From an uncultured SAR116 cluster alpha proteobacterium (GTDB taxonomy: Bacteria; Pseudomonadota; Alphaproteobacteria; Puniceispirillales; GCA-002684695): 64,000 bases of DNA. Under the pieces are notes generated by a model. That model was not told the DNA's origin. It ran no database searches and was given only the letters and a program-made list of their open reading frames with translations. This document shows, piece by piece, positions 52,949 through 62,156 of this stretch. The translations under genes and the position numbers were made by a program. Location: positions 26,506-90,505 of the forward strand of contig CACMFN010000007.1 of assembly GCA_902612965.1 (NCBI GenBank), read 5' to 3'. Position 1 is the first letter of the stretch. Each line of letters begins with the position of its first letter.

Positions 52949-54814
52949 ATGCTAAAGTCTATTAGAAAACATTCTAAACACCCAGTTGCAAAAATTTTTT
53001 TGGGCCTAGTATTAATTGCTTTTGCTGGTTTAGGACTTGGAAGTTTTGTTCCCTCACTTCAATTTAATAGAGACTACATAAAAGCAGGAGACACATCTAT
53101 AGAGATACAAGAAATTGCTAATCAATTTAATAAACTTCGATCAGAGGTTGCTCCGGATTTAACCATTAATGAGGCTGTTACGAAAGGTTATTTAGACTTG
53201 TTGATAACGTACCTTTCTAATGAAGCCATTATTCTTGAAGAAGCCTCTAAACAAAAAATTACTGTTACACGGGAACATTTAAAGAAAACTCTTTTAGAAA
53301 ATGAAGCATTTCTTGATGATGATGGAAAATTTAGTCCCACAAAATTCGAAATGTCCTTATTTAGAGCGGGTGTTTCTGAAGAAAAATATTTAGAGCTTTT
53401 AGGAAGAGACATTATAAAAAAACAGATCACAGAAACAATTTCAGAGTCAGCTAAAATATCTGAAAAAATAATCTTTGCAATAGCTGAAAAAAACTTAGAA
53501 AAAAGAAATGGAACTATTGTTGATTTAGATTTAGTCCCTTTATCAAAAATTAGAAAACCATCTGATAATGAGCTTAAAACATTTTATGATAATACTACCA
53601 GTTCATGGATTGAGCCCGCAAGAAGGTCAGGCAAGTATTTTATTCTTGATCCAAAAGACTATGCAGATACGATTTCACTCAGTGCACAAGAACTTATCGA
53701 CGAATTTGATATTAGAAGAAAAGATTATTTTAAAGAAGAAACAAGGTCAATTAATCAAATAATTTTTGATGAAAAAAGCAAAGCAGAAAAATTTCTCTCT
53801 GATTTGTCAAATCAAACACAATTCAACAAGTTAGCAAAAGACAAATACAATAACGAAAACTCAATTATTGATGACATAAAGAAGGGAGATTTACTCAACG
53901 AAATTTCATCAGTTATATTTAATTTAAAAGCAAATGAAGTTAGTGATATTATAAAAACTGACCTTGGGTACCATGTAATTAAAGTAGAAAAAATTGTTCC
54001 TGCAACTGATCCAAAATTTGAAGATATAAAATCAGAACTTGAGAGAGATGTTAGATTGGATTTAGCAACTGATATTATTTATGACATTGCAAATTTTGCA
54101 GATGACGCTTTTTCGTCTGGTTCTAGTATTGATGTTGTTGCAAACGAAAAAAATCTTGAGCTTTTCACAACAGATTATCTCGATAAGGATGGTTTAGATG
54201 TAAATAGATCCAAGCCAAAAAATAATTTACTAAGTGATAAGGTTTTTCTTGAAGTTTTATGGAATAGTGAAAAAAATGGAAATCTTTCAATTAATGAAAC
54301 CAAAGACGGAAAATTCTTTGCCTTATCACTTTTTGATGAAAAAAAGGAATTTTTACCAAGTCTTGATGAAGTTAAAACCAAACTTGAAGTTTCATGGAAA
54401 CAGACCAGAGCAATAGAAGAAACTCTTAACAAAGCTGGAAAACTATCTGCAGCAGATGATTTCATAAAATTTGCAAATGAAAACAATATGAAAATATCTG
54501 AAGTAAAAGGCGTATCTCAAAATGATGTCAGCTATTCTAGACCTGAAATCGTTAAAACACTTTTCAACATAAATAACTTAAATGAAAAACAAATTGCAGC
54601 AACAGAATTGGGCATATCAGTTGTTAGGTTTGATGATGCCATCAAACCTGAAGTAGAAGATGTCAAAAACCTAGAAAAATTACTATTAAATCCATTTAAT
54701 CAGTCATTAAAAAGTGATATCAGCAGTGCACTCATTTCAGAGTTATCTGAAAAGCACAAATTAGAGGTTAATAAAGGTTTAATATTGCAAGCAATAGGTC
54801 TTAACTCACCATAA
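52949..54814 (+). CDS. ppiD: PpiD-like periplasmic chaperone (SurA N-terminal and rotamase domains)
   Basis: N-terminal anchor (MLKSIRK...), 621 aa, parvulin motif IIKTDLGYHVIKV; conserved position between tpiA and trpE. Confidence 0.85.
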   Translation: MLKSIRKHSKHPVAKIFLGLVLIAFAGLGLGSFVPSLQFNRDYIKAGDTSIEIQEIANQFNKLRSEVAPDLTINEAVTKGYLDLLITYLSNEAIILEEASKQKITVTREHLKKTLLENEAFLDDDGKFSPTKFEMSLFRAGVSEEKYLELLGRDIIKKQITETISESAKISEKIIFAIAEKNLEKRNGTIVDLDLVPLSKIRKPSDNELKTFYDNTTSSWIEPARRSGKYFILDPKDYADTISLSAQELIDEFDIRRKDYFKEETRSINQIIFDEKSKAEKFLSDLSNQTQFNKLAKDKYNNENSIIDDIKKGDLLNEISSVIFNLKANEVSDIIKTDLGYHVIKVEKIVPATDPKFEDIKSELERDVRLDLATDIIYDIANFADDAFSSGSSIDVVANEKNLELFTTDYLDKDGLDVNRSKPKNNLLSDKVFLEVLWNSEKNGNLSINETKDGKFFALSLFDEKKEFLPSLDEVKTKLEVSWKQTRAIEETLNKAGKLSAADDFIKFANENNMKISEVKGVSQNDVSYSRPEIVKTLFNINNLNEKQIAATELGISVVRFDDAIKPEVEDVKNLEKLLLNPFNQSLKSDISSALISELSEKHKLEVNKGLILQAIGLNSP

Positions 54815-56296
54815 ATGAATAAACCTTCTAAAACTTTTATAGCAAACTACAATTCTGGAAAACCTCAATTACTTTGGGAATTTATAGTTGCAGATCTCGA
54901 AACACCTGTTTCAGCACTTATAAAGTTAACAAAAAACAAAGATTACAATTTTTTATTGGAATCTGTTGAGGGCGGTGAAAACAGAGGCAGGTATTCAGCA
55001 ATTGGAATTGCACCTGATCTTATATGGAAATGTAAAAATGGAACTTCTGAAACAGCCAAGCCCAAAAATGGAAACTTTACTTTTGAAAAAAATAATGAAG
55101 ACCCTATCAAATCTCTAAAAAAGTTAATTAAGCAATCAAAAATTGATATTCCAGACCATTTGCCTCCTCTGTCAGCTGGTTTATTTGGTTACATAGGCTA
55201 TGATATGGTCTCATACTTTGAAAATATAAAAATTAAAAATAATGACCCTTTAAATCTACCTGAAACAATATTAATGAGACCTTCTTTAATTTGTATTTTT
55301 GATAGACTAAAAGATGAATTTATTTTAATAACACCAGTTAGGGCCAAAAAAGATATTTCTGCACTAGATGCTTGGGAGAATGGAAAAAATATTTTATCAA
55401 ATGCTGTTAATGAGCTAAATGTTGGTCTTGAACATAGAAATCTTCCAGTTCAAAAAGACACAATGCTCGATAATAATGCACCAAGCAATTTAGAAAAATT
55501 AGAATTTTATAATTCTGTGGAAAGGGCTAAAGAATATATTAAATCTGGTGATATATACCAGGTTGTTTTGTCACAAAGATTTGAAATTCCTTTCAAAAAA
55601 TCATCAATTTCTTTTTATAGGTCTTTGCGAAGATTAAACCCCTCACCTTTTCTATTTCATTTTAATTTCAAAGATTTTTTTGTTGTTGGCTCCTCTCCAG
55701 AAATTCTTGTTCGCTTGCGAAACAATGAATGTACAATAAGGCCAATAGCTGGAACAAGACCAAGGGGGTTAAATAAAGCTGAAGACTTATCTCTTAAAGA
55801 AGAATTACTTAATGACCCAAAAGAAAGAGCGGAGCATTTGATGCTACTGGACTTAGGAAGAAATGATGTCGGGCGCGTTTCAAAACCAGGAAGTGTGGAA
55901 GTTACTGAAAGCTTTAGTGTTGAAATGTATTCACATGTCATGCACATAGAATCTGAAGTAAAGGGTGAATTAAGAAATGGGATGGATAGTTTGGATGCTT
56001 TAATAGCAGGTTTCCCAGCAGGAACTGTAAGCGGAGCTCCTAAAATAAGAGCAATGCAAATTATCGAAGAATTAGAAAACGAAAAAAGAGGATTATATTC
56101 AGGTGCAGTTGGATACTTTAGTGCTTCAGGAGATTTAGATACGTGCATAGCACTGAGAACTGGTATAATAAAAGATGGTAAATTATACGTTCAGGCGGGT
56201 GGTGGCATAGTTCATGACAGTACTAATCATGGTGAGGAATTAGAAACACGAAATAAAGCAAAAGCATTAATCAGGGCTGCAGAACTAGCAGATTAA
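54815..56296 (+). CDS. trpE: Anthranilate synthase component I
   Basis: DLETPVS, LLESVEGG, NPSPF, SSPE, AEHLMLLDLGRND and PAGTVSGAPK motifs. Confidence 0.96.
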   Translation: MNKPSKTFIANYNSGKPQLLWEFIVADLETPVSALIKLTKNKDYNFLLESVEGGENRGRYSAIGIAPDLIWKCKNGTSETAKPKNGNFTFEKNNEDPIKSLKKLIKQSKIDIPDHLPPLSAGLFGYIGYDMVSYFENIKIKNNDPLNLPETILMRPSLICIFDRLKDEFILITPVRAKKDISALDAWENGKNILSNAVNELNVGLEHRNLPVQKDTMLDNNAPSNLEKLEFYNSVERAKEYIKSGDIYQVVLSQRFEIPFKKSSISFYRSLRRLNPSPFLFHFNFKDFFVVGSSPEILVRLRNNECTIRPIAGTRPRGLNKAEDLSLKEELLNDPKERAEHLMLLDLGRNDVGRVSKPGSVEVTESFSVEMYSHVMHIESEVKGELRNGMDSLDALIAGFPAGTVSGAPKIRAMQIIEELENEKRGLYSGAVGYFSASGDLDTCIALRTGIIKDGKLYVQAGGGIVHDSTNHGEELETRNKAKALIRAAELAD

Positions 56297-57193
56297 TTAT
56301 TGCTTTAATTCTGAAGAGCTTTGAGCGTATATGATCCCAAATAAAATAATAATCCCACCAAAGAATTGTATTGCAGATAAATATTCACCCAATATAAGCC
56401 AAGCAAGAAAAGCGGCTGTAACAGGCTCACTCATTAAAGTGAGGGAAGCAAGCCCTGTTTTTACCTTCCCCAAAGCCCAAGTAATTAATCCAATTCCAAT
56501 AAATTGACTTATAAAAGCCAAGCAGAATACTACTAACCAACCTGAAAAAGAATTTGGCAAAAAAGTTTCATTTGAAAATAAAACTATTACGAGCAAAGTT
56601 ACTGCACTAAAAAAAGTACCTACAAAAAATATAATATAAATATTTAAATTTTTATCTCTTAAAATGCCAGTTGATAATAAATATGCAGCGTAAAAAGCTC
56701 CAGCCAAAATTGACCAAAAGTCACCAAACAAATTTTGAATACTAAATTCTAGAGAATTATAAAGCAATAAAACAGCACCAATAACTGAAGCTGTCAAACC
56801 CACAAAAAATTTTTTTGTTATTTTTGTAGAGAATAAAATGTAACTATAAATCACAACAAATACTGGTGCCATTGAAGCAAATAAAGTCGAGTTTGCTATT
56901 GATGTTAACATTATACCGTGATGCCATGCAGCGTGATCAATACCTAAAAATATTCCTGGTAGAGCAAGATAGAAATAATTTAGCTTATCACTCTTTAATT
57001 CTGTCTTGATATTAATACTTTTGATTAAAATTAGTATAAAAGGAAGGGCCAAAAAAGATCGCCAAAAAGCTGATGAGACAGGGCCTACTTCACTAATTCT
57101 TACAAATAATGGGCTCACTCCTAAGCAAGCAGCTCCTAAAATTAAAGTAAAGGCTACAAACCAGATTGGTGGAGTTTCAATAATCTTTTTCAA
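56297..57193 (-). CDS. DMT/EamA-family transporter
   Basis: About ten TM segments; AFWR, GDFWSILAG and EPVTAAFLAWLILGE motifs. Confidence 0.88.
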   Translation of the reverse strand: MKKIIETPPIWFVAFTLILGAACLGVSPLFVRISEVGPVSSAFWRSFLALPFILILIKSINIKTELKSDKLNYFYLALPGIFLGIDHAAWHHGIMLTSIANSTLFASMAPVFVVIYSYILFSTKITKKFFVGLTASVIGAVLLLYNSLEFSIQNLFGDFWSILAGAFYAAYLLSTGILRDKNLNIYIIFFVGTFFSAVTLLVIVLFSNETFLPNSFSGWLVVFCLAFISQFIGIGLITWALGKVKTGLASLTLMSEPVTAAFLAWLILGEYLSAIQFFGGIIILFGIIYAQSSSELKQ

Positions 57194-57305
57194 TTAAAAT
57201 AACACAATTTATATATAATTTTTTTTCTACTAAGTATATATTGATTTATTTTGTAATTAAATTCATATATTAAGCTTTGTTAAATTTAATTTTGAAAGTT
57301 TATTT

Positions 57306-57710
57306 ATGTTTAGTTTATTTATTGGAATAATTTGTATTATCGGATTGGTAATTGGAACTATTTTATCAGTATCAGATTTTGGAATTTTTTTTGATGCTCC
57401 AGCGTTTGGGATTGTTATAGTTGGCGCATTTTTATATTGTATTGCTGCTGGTGGAGATGCTGCAGACAGAATTGAAAATTTTGGAATAGGAGCAGTTAGA
57501 TTTGGATGGTTGGGTTTCTTTATAGGGATCATAATTATGTCAGCAAGTAATATTATCATTTCATTAGATAATATTGGATCAGCACTTGCTGTAGCTCTTT
57601 TAACTCCTTTTTATGGATATTTTATAAAGATTTTAACAAATGTTATTGTATACAGAATGGATTACAATAAATTAATTGAAGAGCTTAATGAGGAAAAATT
57701 AGAGAATTAA
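57306..57710 (+). CDS. Small 4-TM MotA/PomA-like membrane protein lacking the cytoplasmic domain
   Basis: FFDAPAFGIVIVG resembles MotA/PomA TM2; GWLGFFIGIIIM...NIGSALAVALLTPFYG resembles the MotA/TolQ/ExbB channel motif. Confidence 0.65.
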   Translation: MFSLFIGIICIIGLVIGTILSVSDFGIFFDAPAFGIVIVGAFLYCIAAGGDAADRIENFGIGAVRFGWLGFFIGIIIMSASNIIISLDNIGSALAVALLTPFYGYFIKILTNVIVYRMDYNKLIEELNEEKLEN

Positions 57711-57714
57711 AAAT

Positions 57715-57743
57715 ATAAGTGATCACTAATAGTGATCACTTAT
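57715..57743. terminator. Perfect 14-bp inverted repeat between convergent genes; probable bidirectional terminator
   Basis: ATAAGTGATCACTA-A-TAGTGATCACTTAT, with T-rich tails on both strands. Confidence 0.6.
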
Positions 57744-57748
57744 TTAAT

Positions 57749-58105
57749 TTATCCATAAATATTTGTTAATTGAATAACAGCATTAATTAAGAATAACGCA
57801 GCAAAACCTAATCCCAATCTATCAACTGGTATGTCTTTAGTTTCCTTACCAAAGTTTGTTTTTGCTAATTTATCGTCCATCTCTAAAAGCAATAGTTTAA
57901 AGTTCTTTGTAAGTCTTATTAGACCAAAAGAGCCTATTAATGTAATCGCCACTATTGTACCTGCAACAACAAGCTCCTTTCCACCTAAATCACCAAATAT
58001 AATTGTCATTGTCATTGTAATATGTGTAACTGATAAGATAGAAAGAACTATCATCATATAATAGAAAGTATTAATTTGAAGTGTTTGTCTTTGATTTGGA
58101 TCCAT
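57749..58105 (-). CDS. Hypothetical membrane protein (about 3 TM segments)
   Basis: 118-aa ORF with an AGGAGAGG Shine-Dalgarno and hydrophobic segments; no family recognised. Confidence 0.7.
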   Translation of the reverse strand: MDPNQRQTLQINTFYYMMIVLSILSVTHITMTMTIIFGDLGGKELVVAGTIVAITLIGSFGLIRLTKNFKLLLLEMDDKLAKTNFGKETKDIPVDRLGLGFAALFLINAVIQLTNIYG

Positions 58106-58211
58106 TAGCCTCTCCTTTATTTCAAAAAAACAATTTTAAAATGCACATAAAAAAGTTATCATTTCGACTAGATTAAAGATAGTTAAAAATTGAATACCTG
58201 AGTATTAAAAA

Positions 58212-59132
58212 ATGAATAATATTATTAATAATATTGATAAATTTCCCAAAGGCGCTGCATGGATGGGCGGTAATTATATGGACATTTCTGAAGCGAAAAT
58301 ACCCGTTTTAGATTGGGGGTTTTTAAGGTCAGATGCTACATATGATGTAGTTCATGTTTGGAATAATAGATTTTTTCAATTAGATGAACACATTAATAGA
58401 TTTTTTGCCTCAACTGAAAAGTTGAGAATGCCGTGCTCATTAAAAAGGAAAGAGCTAAAAAGAATTCTTGCAGGATGTGTAAAAAGAGCCAATCATACAA
58501 ATTCTTATGTTGAAATGATCCAAACAAGAGGCATGTCTCCTACTTTTGATAGAGACCCAAGAAAATCGCAGCCTAGATTTTTAGCATTTGCAATTCCATT
58601 TGGTTGGATTCTTGATCCAAAAAAATTTGATACTGGTATTGATCTAGCAATAAGTAAAATAAAAAGAATTTCTCCAGAATCAGTAGATCCTAGAGTAAAA
58701 AATTATCATTGGCTTGATCTTGTGAATGGAATGTTTGAAGCTTACGACAGAGGTCATTATACAGCTGTTTTAGTTGATGAAGAAAATAACGTTCTTGAGG
58801 GACCTGGTTTTAATATTTTTTCTTTAGATGAAAATGGGCTGAAGACACCTAAAATTGGAGTATTAGAGGGCATTACAAGACAAACTGCAATTAGACTAGC
58901 ATCAGAATTAGATATTCCTGTTCAGGAAAAATCAATTGGATCTGAAGAGTTTATTAATTCAGATGAAGCATTTGCTACTTCAACTGCTGGTGGCATTATA
59001 CCAATTACAAAAATTAATGGGAAAAAAATAAATAACGGAAAAATTGGGAAAGTCACTTCAATATTAAAAAACTTGTACTGGGAAAAACACAAAGATCCTC
59101 TATGGAGTCAAAGTGTAGATGAATTAATATAA
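58212..59132 (+). CDS. PLP fold-type IV aminotransferase, (R)-selective amine transaminase type
   Basis: DWGFLRSDATYDVVHVW, YVEMIQTRG, DPRVKNYHW (PLP Lys), EGPGFN, LEGITR and STAGG motifs. Confidence 0.85.
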   Translation: MNNIINNIDKFPKGAAWMGGNYMDISEAKIPVLDWGFLRSDATYDVVHVWNNRFFQLDEHINRFFASTEKLRMPCSLKRKELKRILAGCVKRANHTNSYVEMIQTRGMSPTFDRDPRKSQPRFLAFAIPFGWILDPKKFDTGIDLAISKIKRISPESVDPRVKNYHWLDLVNGMFEAYDRGHYTAVLVDEENNVLEGPGFNIFSLDENGLKTPKIGVLEGITRQTAIRLASELDIPVQEKSIGSEEFINSDEAFATSTAGGIIPITKINGKKINNGKIGKVTSILKNLYWEKHKDPLWSQSVDELI

Positions 59133-59136
59133 AGGA

Positions 59137-60159
59137 TTATATCGTTTTTGTAACTTTAGACAAATATCTAGGAAAATCAGCATCAATCCCTTTATTAAAA
59201 GCATATTTTATTATCATTGGATAAAATTTTGACATTATTAAGATTGAATCTATTTCTGGTATTTTTGTAGATAAAAATCTAAAATCTGTATTATTGTTAT
59301 TGGAAGAATTTATACAGTAAATATTTTTTGAATATTTATGGAGTTCTTCTATTTGATTATTCACAGCAATACCAGATGCATCAGACAAGGATAGTGTTAC
59401 AATTTTTAGAGACTGATCAATTAAAGTTTTTGGACCATGCATTACTTCAGCGCTACTAAAAGGCTCAATTAATTCAAGACATAACTCTTTAAACTTCAAA
59501 GAAATCTCAGTTGAAAGTGCAAAGCCCATTCCTCTACTAATAATAAAACCCTTAGAAATTGATTTATCAATTATTTTGTAATCCCAATCATTGATTTTGT
59601 CTTTTTCAATATTTTCAGGTAAATGATTTAATTGTTGCAAAATTTCTTGTTGATTTGCTGTAATAGCAACTAATTTAATAATGTTTACTAAAGAAAGTAT
59701 ATAGGTCTTTGTTGCAGCAACACTTATTTCTTTTGAAGTATTCATATCAAAAAAGAAATCAGTATTTTCTATAATTGGACTTGAAGGATTATTTGAAAGA
59801 AGCAAAATTTTTGCCCCCATTTTTTTACACTGCTCAGAGCAAATTATTAGATCGTCACTTAATCCAGACTGAGAAATAATCAAAATAAGGGTACTAGAAA
59901 AATCAAATTTAGATTTCTCTAGTGTAATTACCGATGGAGGAAGACTGTAAGTTGAAATTCCAAGTGTTTTAGCAAATACATATGATGCAAATAATGCTGC
60001 ACTATCAGAAGACCCTCTTGCTACAGTAACTAAATGCTTAATTTTTTTTTTATTTATTAAACTACCAATCTTATTATATTCATTCTTGTCATTAGTATTA
60101 AAGTTTTCTATAGCGTCTGATACTTGAAGAGCCTCTTGAAGAACTTTACTATTTTTCAT
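59137..60159 (-). CDS. SIS-domain glucosamine-6-phosphate deaminase (NagB-II type)
   Basis: ARGSSD, ISQSG, E.SVAATK, EISLKFKE, SSAEVMHGP and LSKVT motifs; follows nagA. The track start is 60174. Confidence 0.85.
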   Translation of the reverse strand: MKNSKVLQEALQVSDAIENFNTNDKNEYNKIGSLINKKKIKHLVTVARGSSDSAALFASYVFAKTLGISTYSLPPSVITLEKSKFDFSSTLILIISQSGLSDDLIICSEQCKKMGAKILLLSNNPSSPIIENTDFFFDMNTSKEISVAATKTYILSLVNIIKLVAITANQQEILQQLNHLPENIEKDKINDWDYKIIDKSISKGFIISRGMGFALSTEISLKFKELCLELIEPFSSAEVMHGPKTLIDQSLKIVTLSLSDASGIAVNNQIEELHKYSKNIYCINSSNNNNTDFRFLSTKIPEIDSILIMSKFYPMIIKYAFNKGIDADFPRYLSKVTKTI

Positions 60160-61240
60160 AGACGGTTTCTCCATTTAAAAAGACTTGCAATAAATCAAAT
60201 TTATCATCCAGAACAACTATATTTGCGTTACAACCAGAGGATAAATTTCCAATATCTCTACATTCAATGTAATCAGCTGCATTAGTTGAAGTCATTTTTA
60301 CTGCATCAATAATTGAAAAGCCAATTTCAATTAAATTTTTAAATGCTTGATGCATTGTTAAGACACTTCCTCCTAATGTATCATTATCTAATTTTACTAC
60401 ATTACCTTTTTTAAATACTTCGTTGCTTCCAATTTTATATTTTCCATCCTTCATTCCGGCAGCAGAAATACAGTCAGTAATTGCATAAAGGTTTTTAATA
60501 TTATTTTTTGCTATTTTAATCATTTCACTATCTACATGTATCAAATCGCAAATAACTTCAGAATAATCTAGATTACTTAATGCAGCAGCAACGGCTCCAG
60601 GTTTCCTGTGATCAAACCCAGACATGGCGTTGTAAAGATGCGTAAAACTTTTTACACCTTTTTTGATTGAGGAATTGCACAAACTAAATTCAGCAAGCGT
60701 ATGACCCAACTGAGGCTTGATATTTTGTTTAATTAAATAGTCAATAAATTCGAAGCCATTATTCACTTCTGGCGCGATAGTCATAATCTTTAATGGCGCC
60801 TCATCGCAAAGAGCTTCAATAAATTGAGAATTAGGTATTTGAGAAAATGGTGGCTGAGCTCCTAGCTTGTCAGGGTTAATGAAGGGTCCCTCAAGGTGAA
60901 TACCTTCAATATTAGTTTTTTGTTTATTTGAATTAATATATGAATTCAAGCCTTTTAGCGCGTTCTTAGTGTCAATTAGTGGAGCTGTTACAGTAGTAGG
61001 ATAAAGTGTTGTAGTACCATATTTTAGATGAAATTCAGATAGGCCTATTATTGCATTGAGTCCATCCATCGTATCAAACCCATTTCCTCCATGACAATGC
61101 AAGTCAATAAATCCAGGTATAATTAGATTCGAGCTTTGAATATCATCACTTTCTAAAACTTCTATGATTTTATCTGTAAACTTTAATGTTCCTGGAAAAA
61201 TATGTTCATTAGCAACAATTTTTCCTGAAATTTTATTCAT
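60149..61240 (-). CDS. nagA: N-acetylglucosamine-6-phosphate deacetylase
   Basis: PGFIDLHCHG, HLEGPF, GAQP, THLYNAM, D.IHV and ITD motifs. Start MNKISG gives an 8-nt overlap with the upstream stop; the track start is 61252. Confidence 0.93.
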   Translation of the reverse strand: MNKISGKIVANEHIFPGTLKFTDKIIEVLESDDIQSSNLIIPGFIDLHCHGGNGFDTMDGLNAIIGLSEFHLKYGTTTLYPTTVTAPLIDTKNALKGLNSYINSNKQKTNIEGIHLEGPFINPDKLGAQPPFSQIPNSQFIEALCDEAPLKIMTIAPEVNNGFEFIDYLIKQNIKPQLGHTLAEFSLCNSSIKKGVKSFTHLYNAMSGFDHRKPGAVAAALSNLDYSEVICDLIHVDSEMIKIAKNNIKNLYAITDCISAAGMKDGKYKIGSNEVFKKGNVVKLDNDTLGGSVLTMHQAFKNLIEIGFSIIDAVKMTSTNAADYIECRDIGNLSSGCNANIVVLDDKFDLLQVFLNGETVYEK

Positions 61241-62156
61241 ATTTTTTTTCATATTTATTATTTAAATCAAAATAAGCTGATTTTGCGAAGCATCCAAAAA
61301 GTTCAGCATCATTTTTAAGTTGAGCTTTTTCAAAATTAATAACTTGGCTTGAAATTAAATTTGTTTGCTTTTGAATTTCTTTAAAAAATCTGTTGTTTAA
61401 TCCTATGCTACCCCCAACAATAAAGTTATTAATTCCAAGTAATAAATTTACGTTGACTATTCCTTCAGCCAAGTATTTACAAGATTTTTGAATTAATTCT
61501 GATACCCAAGGATTATCTAATTTATTTAACAAAATATCTTTTACTGTCAGATTCTTAAACTCAGAATTATTTATTATTTTTTTAAGAGCTGTACCTGATG
61601 AATAAGCTTCAATGCAACCTTTTCTACCACAACCACATAAATTTCCATCACTAACTACTACCATATGGCCAAAAGCACCAGCAAGGTTAGGGGATTTACT
61701 ATATAATTTTTTATCAAGAACCATACTACCACCCACACCAGTAGAAACAGTAATATAATAAAAATCTTTAAATTCTTTTCCAGCTCCAAACCTAAATTCA
61801 CCTAAGGCAGCAGCTTCTGTATCACTAAATGCAAATACAGGGACATCAAATACTTTATTAATATATTCAGTTAAAGGAAATTCAGTAAACTCCCCTAAAA
61901 TTTTCTTATTTAAAACTGACCAATAACCCTTATGAATGACCCCTGTTGTTGCAATCCCAATTTCAGTTATTTTTTCTTTATAATCTATCAAACTATTAAT
62001 AATATTATCTGCTATTAATTGAGGTTTATCTTTTGTTGGTTGTTCTTGAGGATTAGTTTCTAATCTTATTTTTTTGAATATTTTAGATTTTTCAAATAAA
62101 GCAATTGAAATCTTTGTGCCACCTATATCTACTGCAACAAAAATATTTTTATCCAC
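61233..62156 (-). CDS. ROK-family sugar kinase (N-acetylmannosamine kinase-like)
   Basis: DIGGTK, TVSTGVGG, Zn motif GH...CGCGRKGCIE; follows nanE. GTG start at 62156 proposed; the track start is 62177. Confidence 0.85.
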   Translation of the reverse strand: MDKNIFVAVDIGGTKISIALFEKSKIFKKIRLETNPQEQPTKDKPQLIADNIINSLIDYKEKITEIGIATTGVIHKGYWSVLNKKILGEFTEFPLTEYINKVFDVPVFAFSDTEAAALGEFRFGAGKEFKDFYYITVSTGVGGSMVLDKKLYSKSPNLAGAFGHMVVVSDGNLCGCGRKGCIEAYSSGTALKKIINNSEFKNLTVKDILLNKLDNPWVSELIQKSCKYLAEGIVNVNLLLGINNFIVGGSIGLNNRFFKEIQKQTNLISSQVINFEKAQLKNDAELFGCFAKSAYFDLNNKYEKKYE

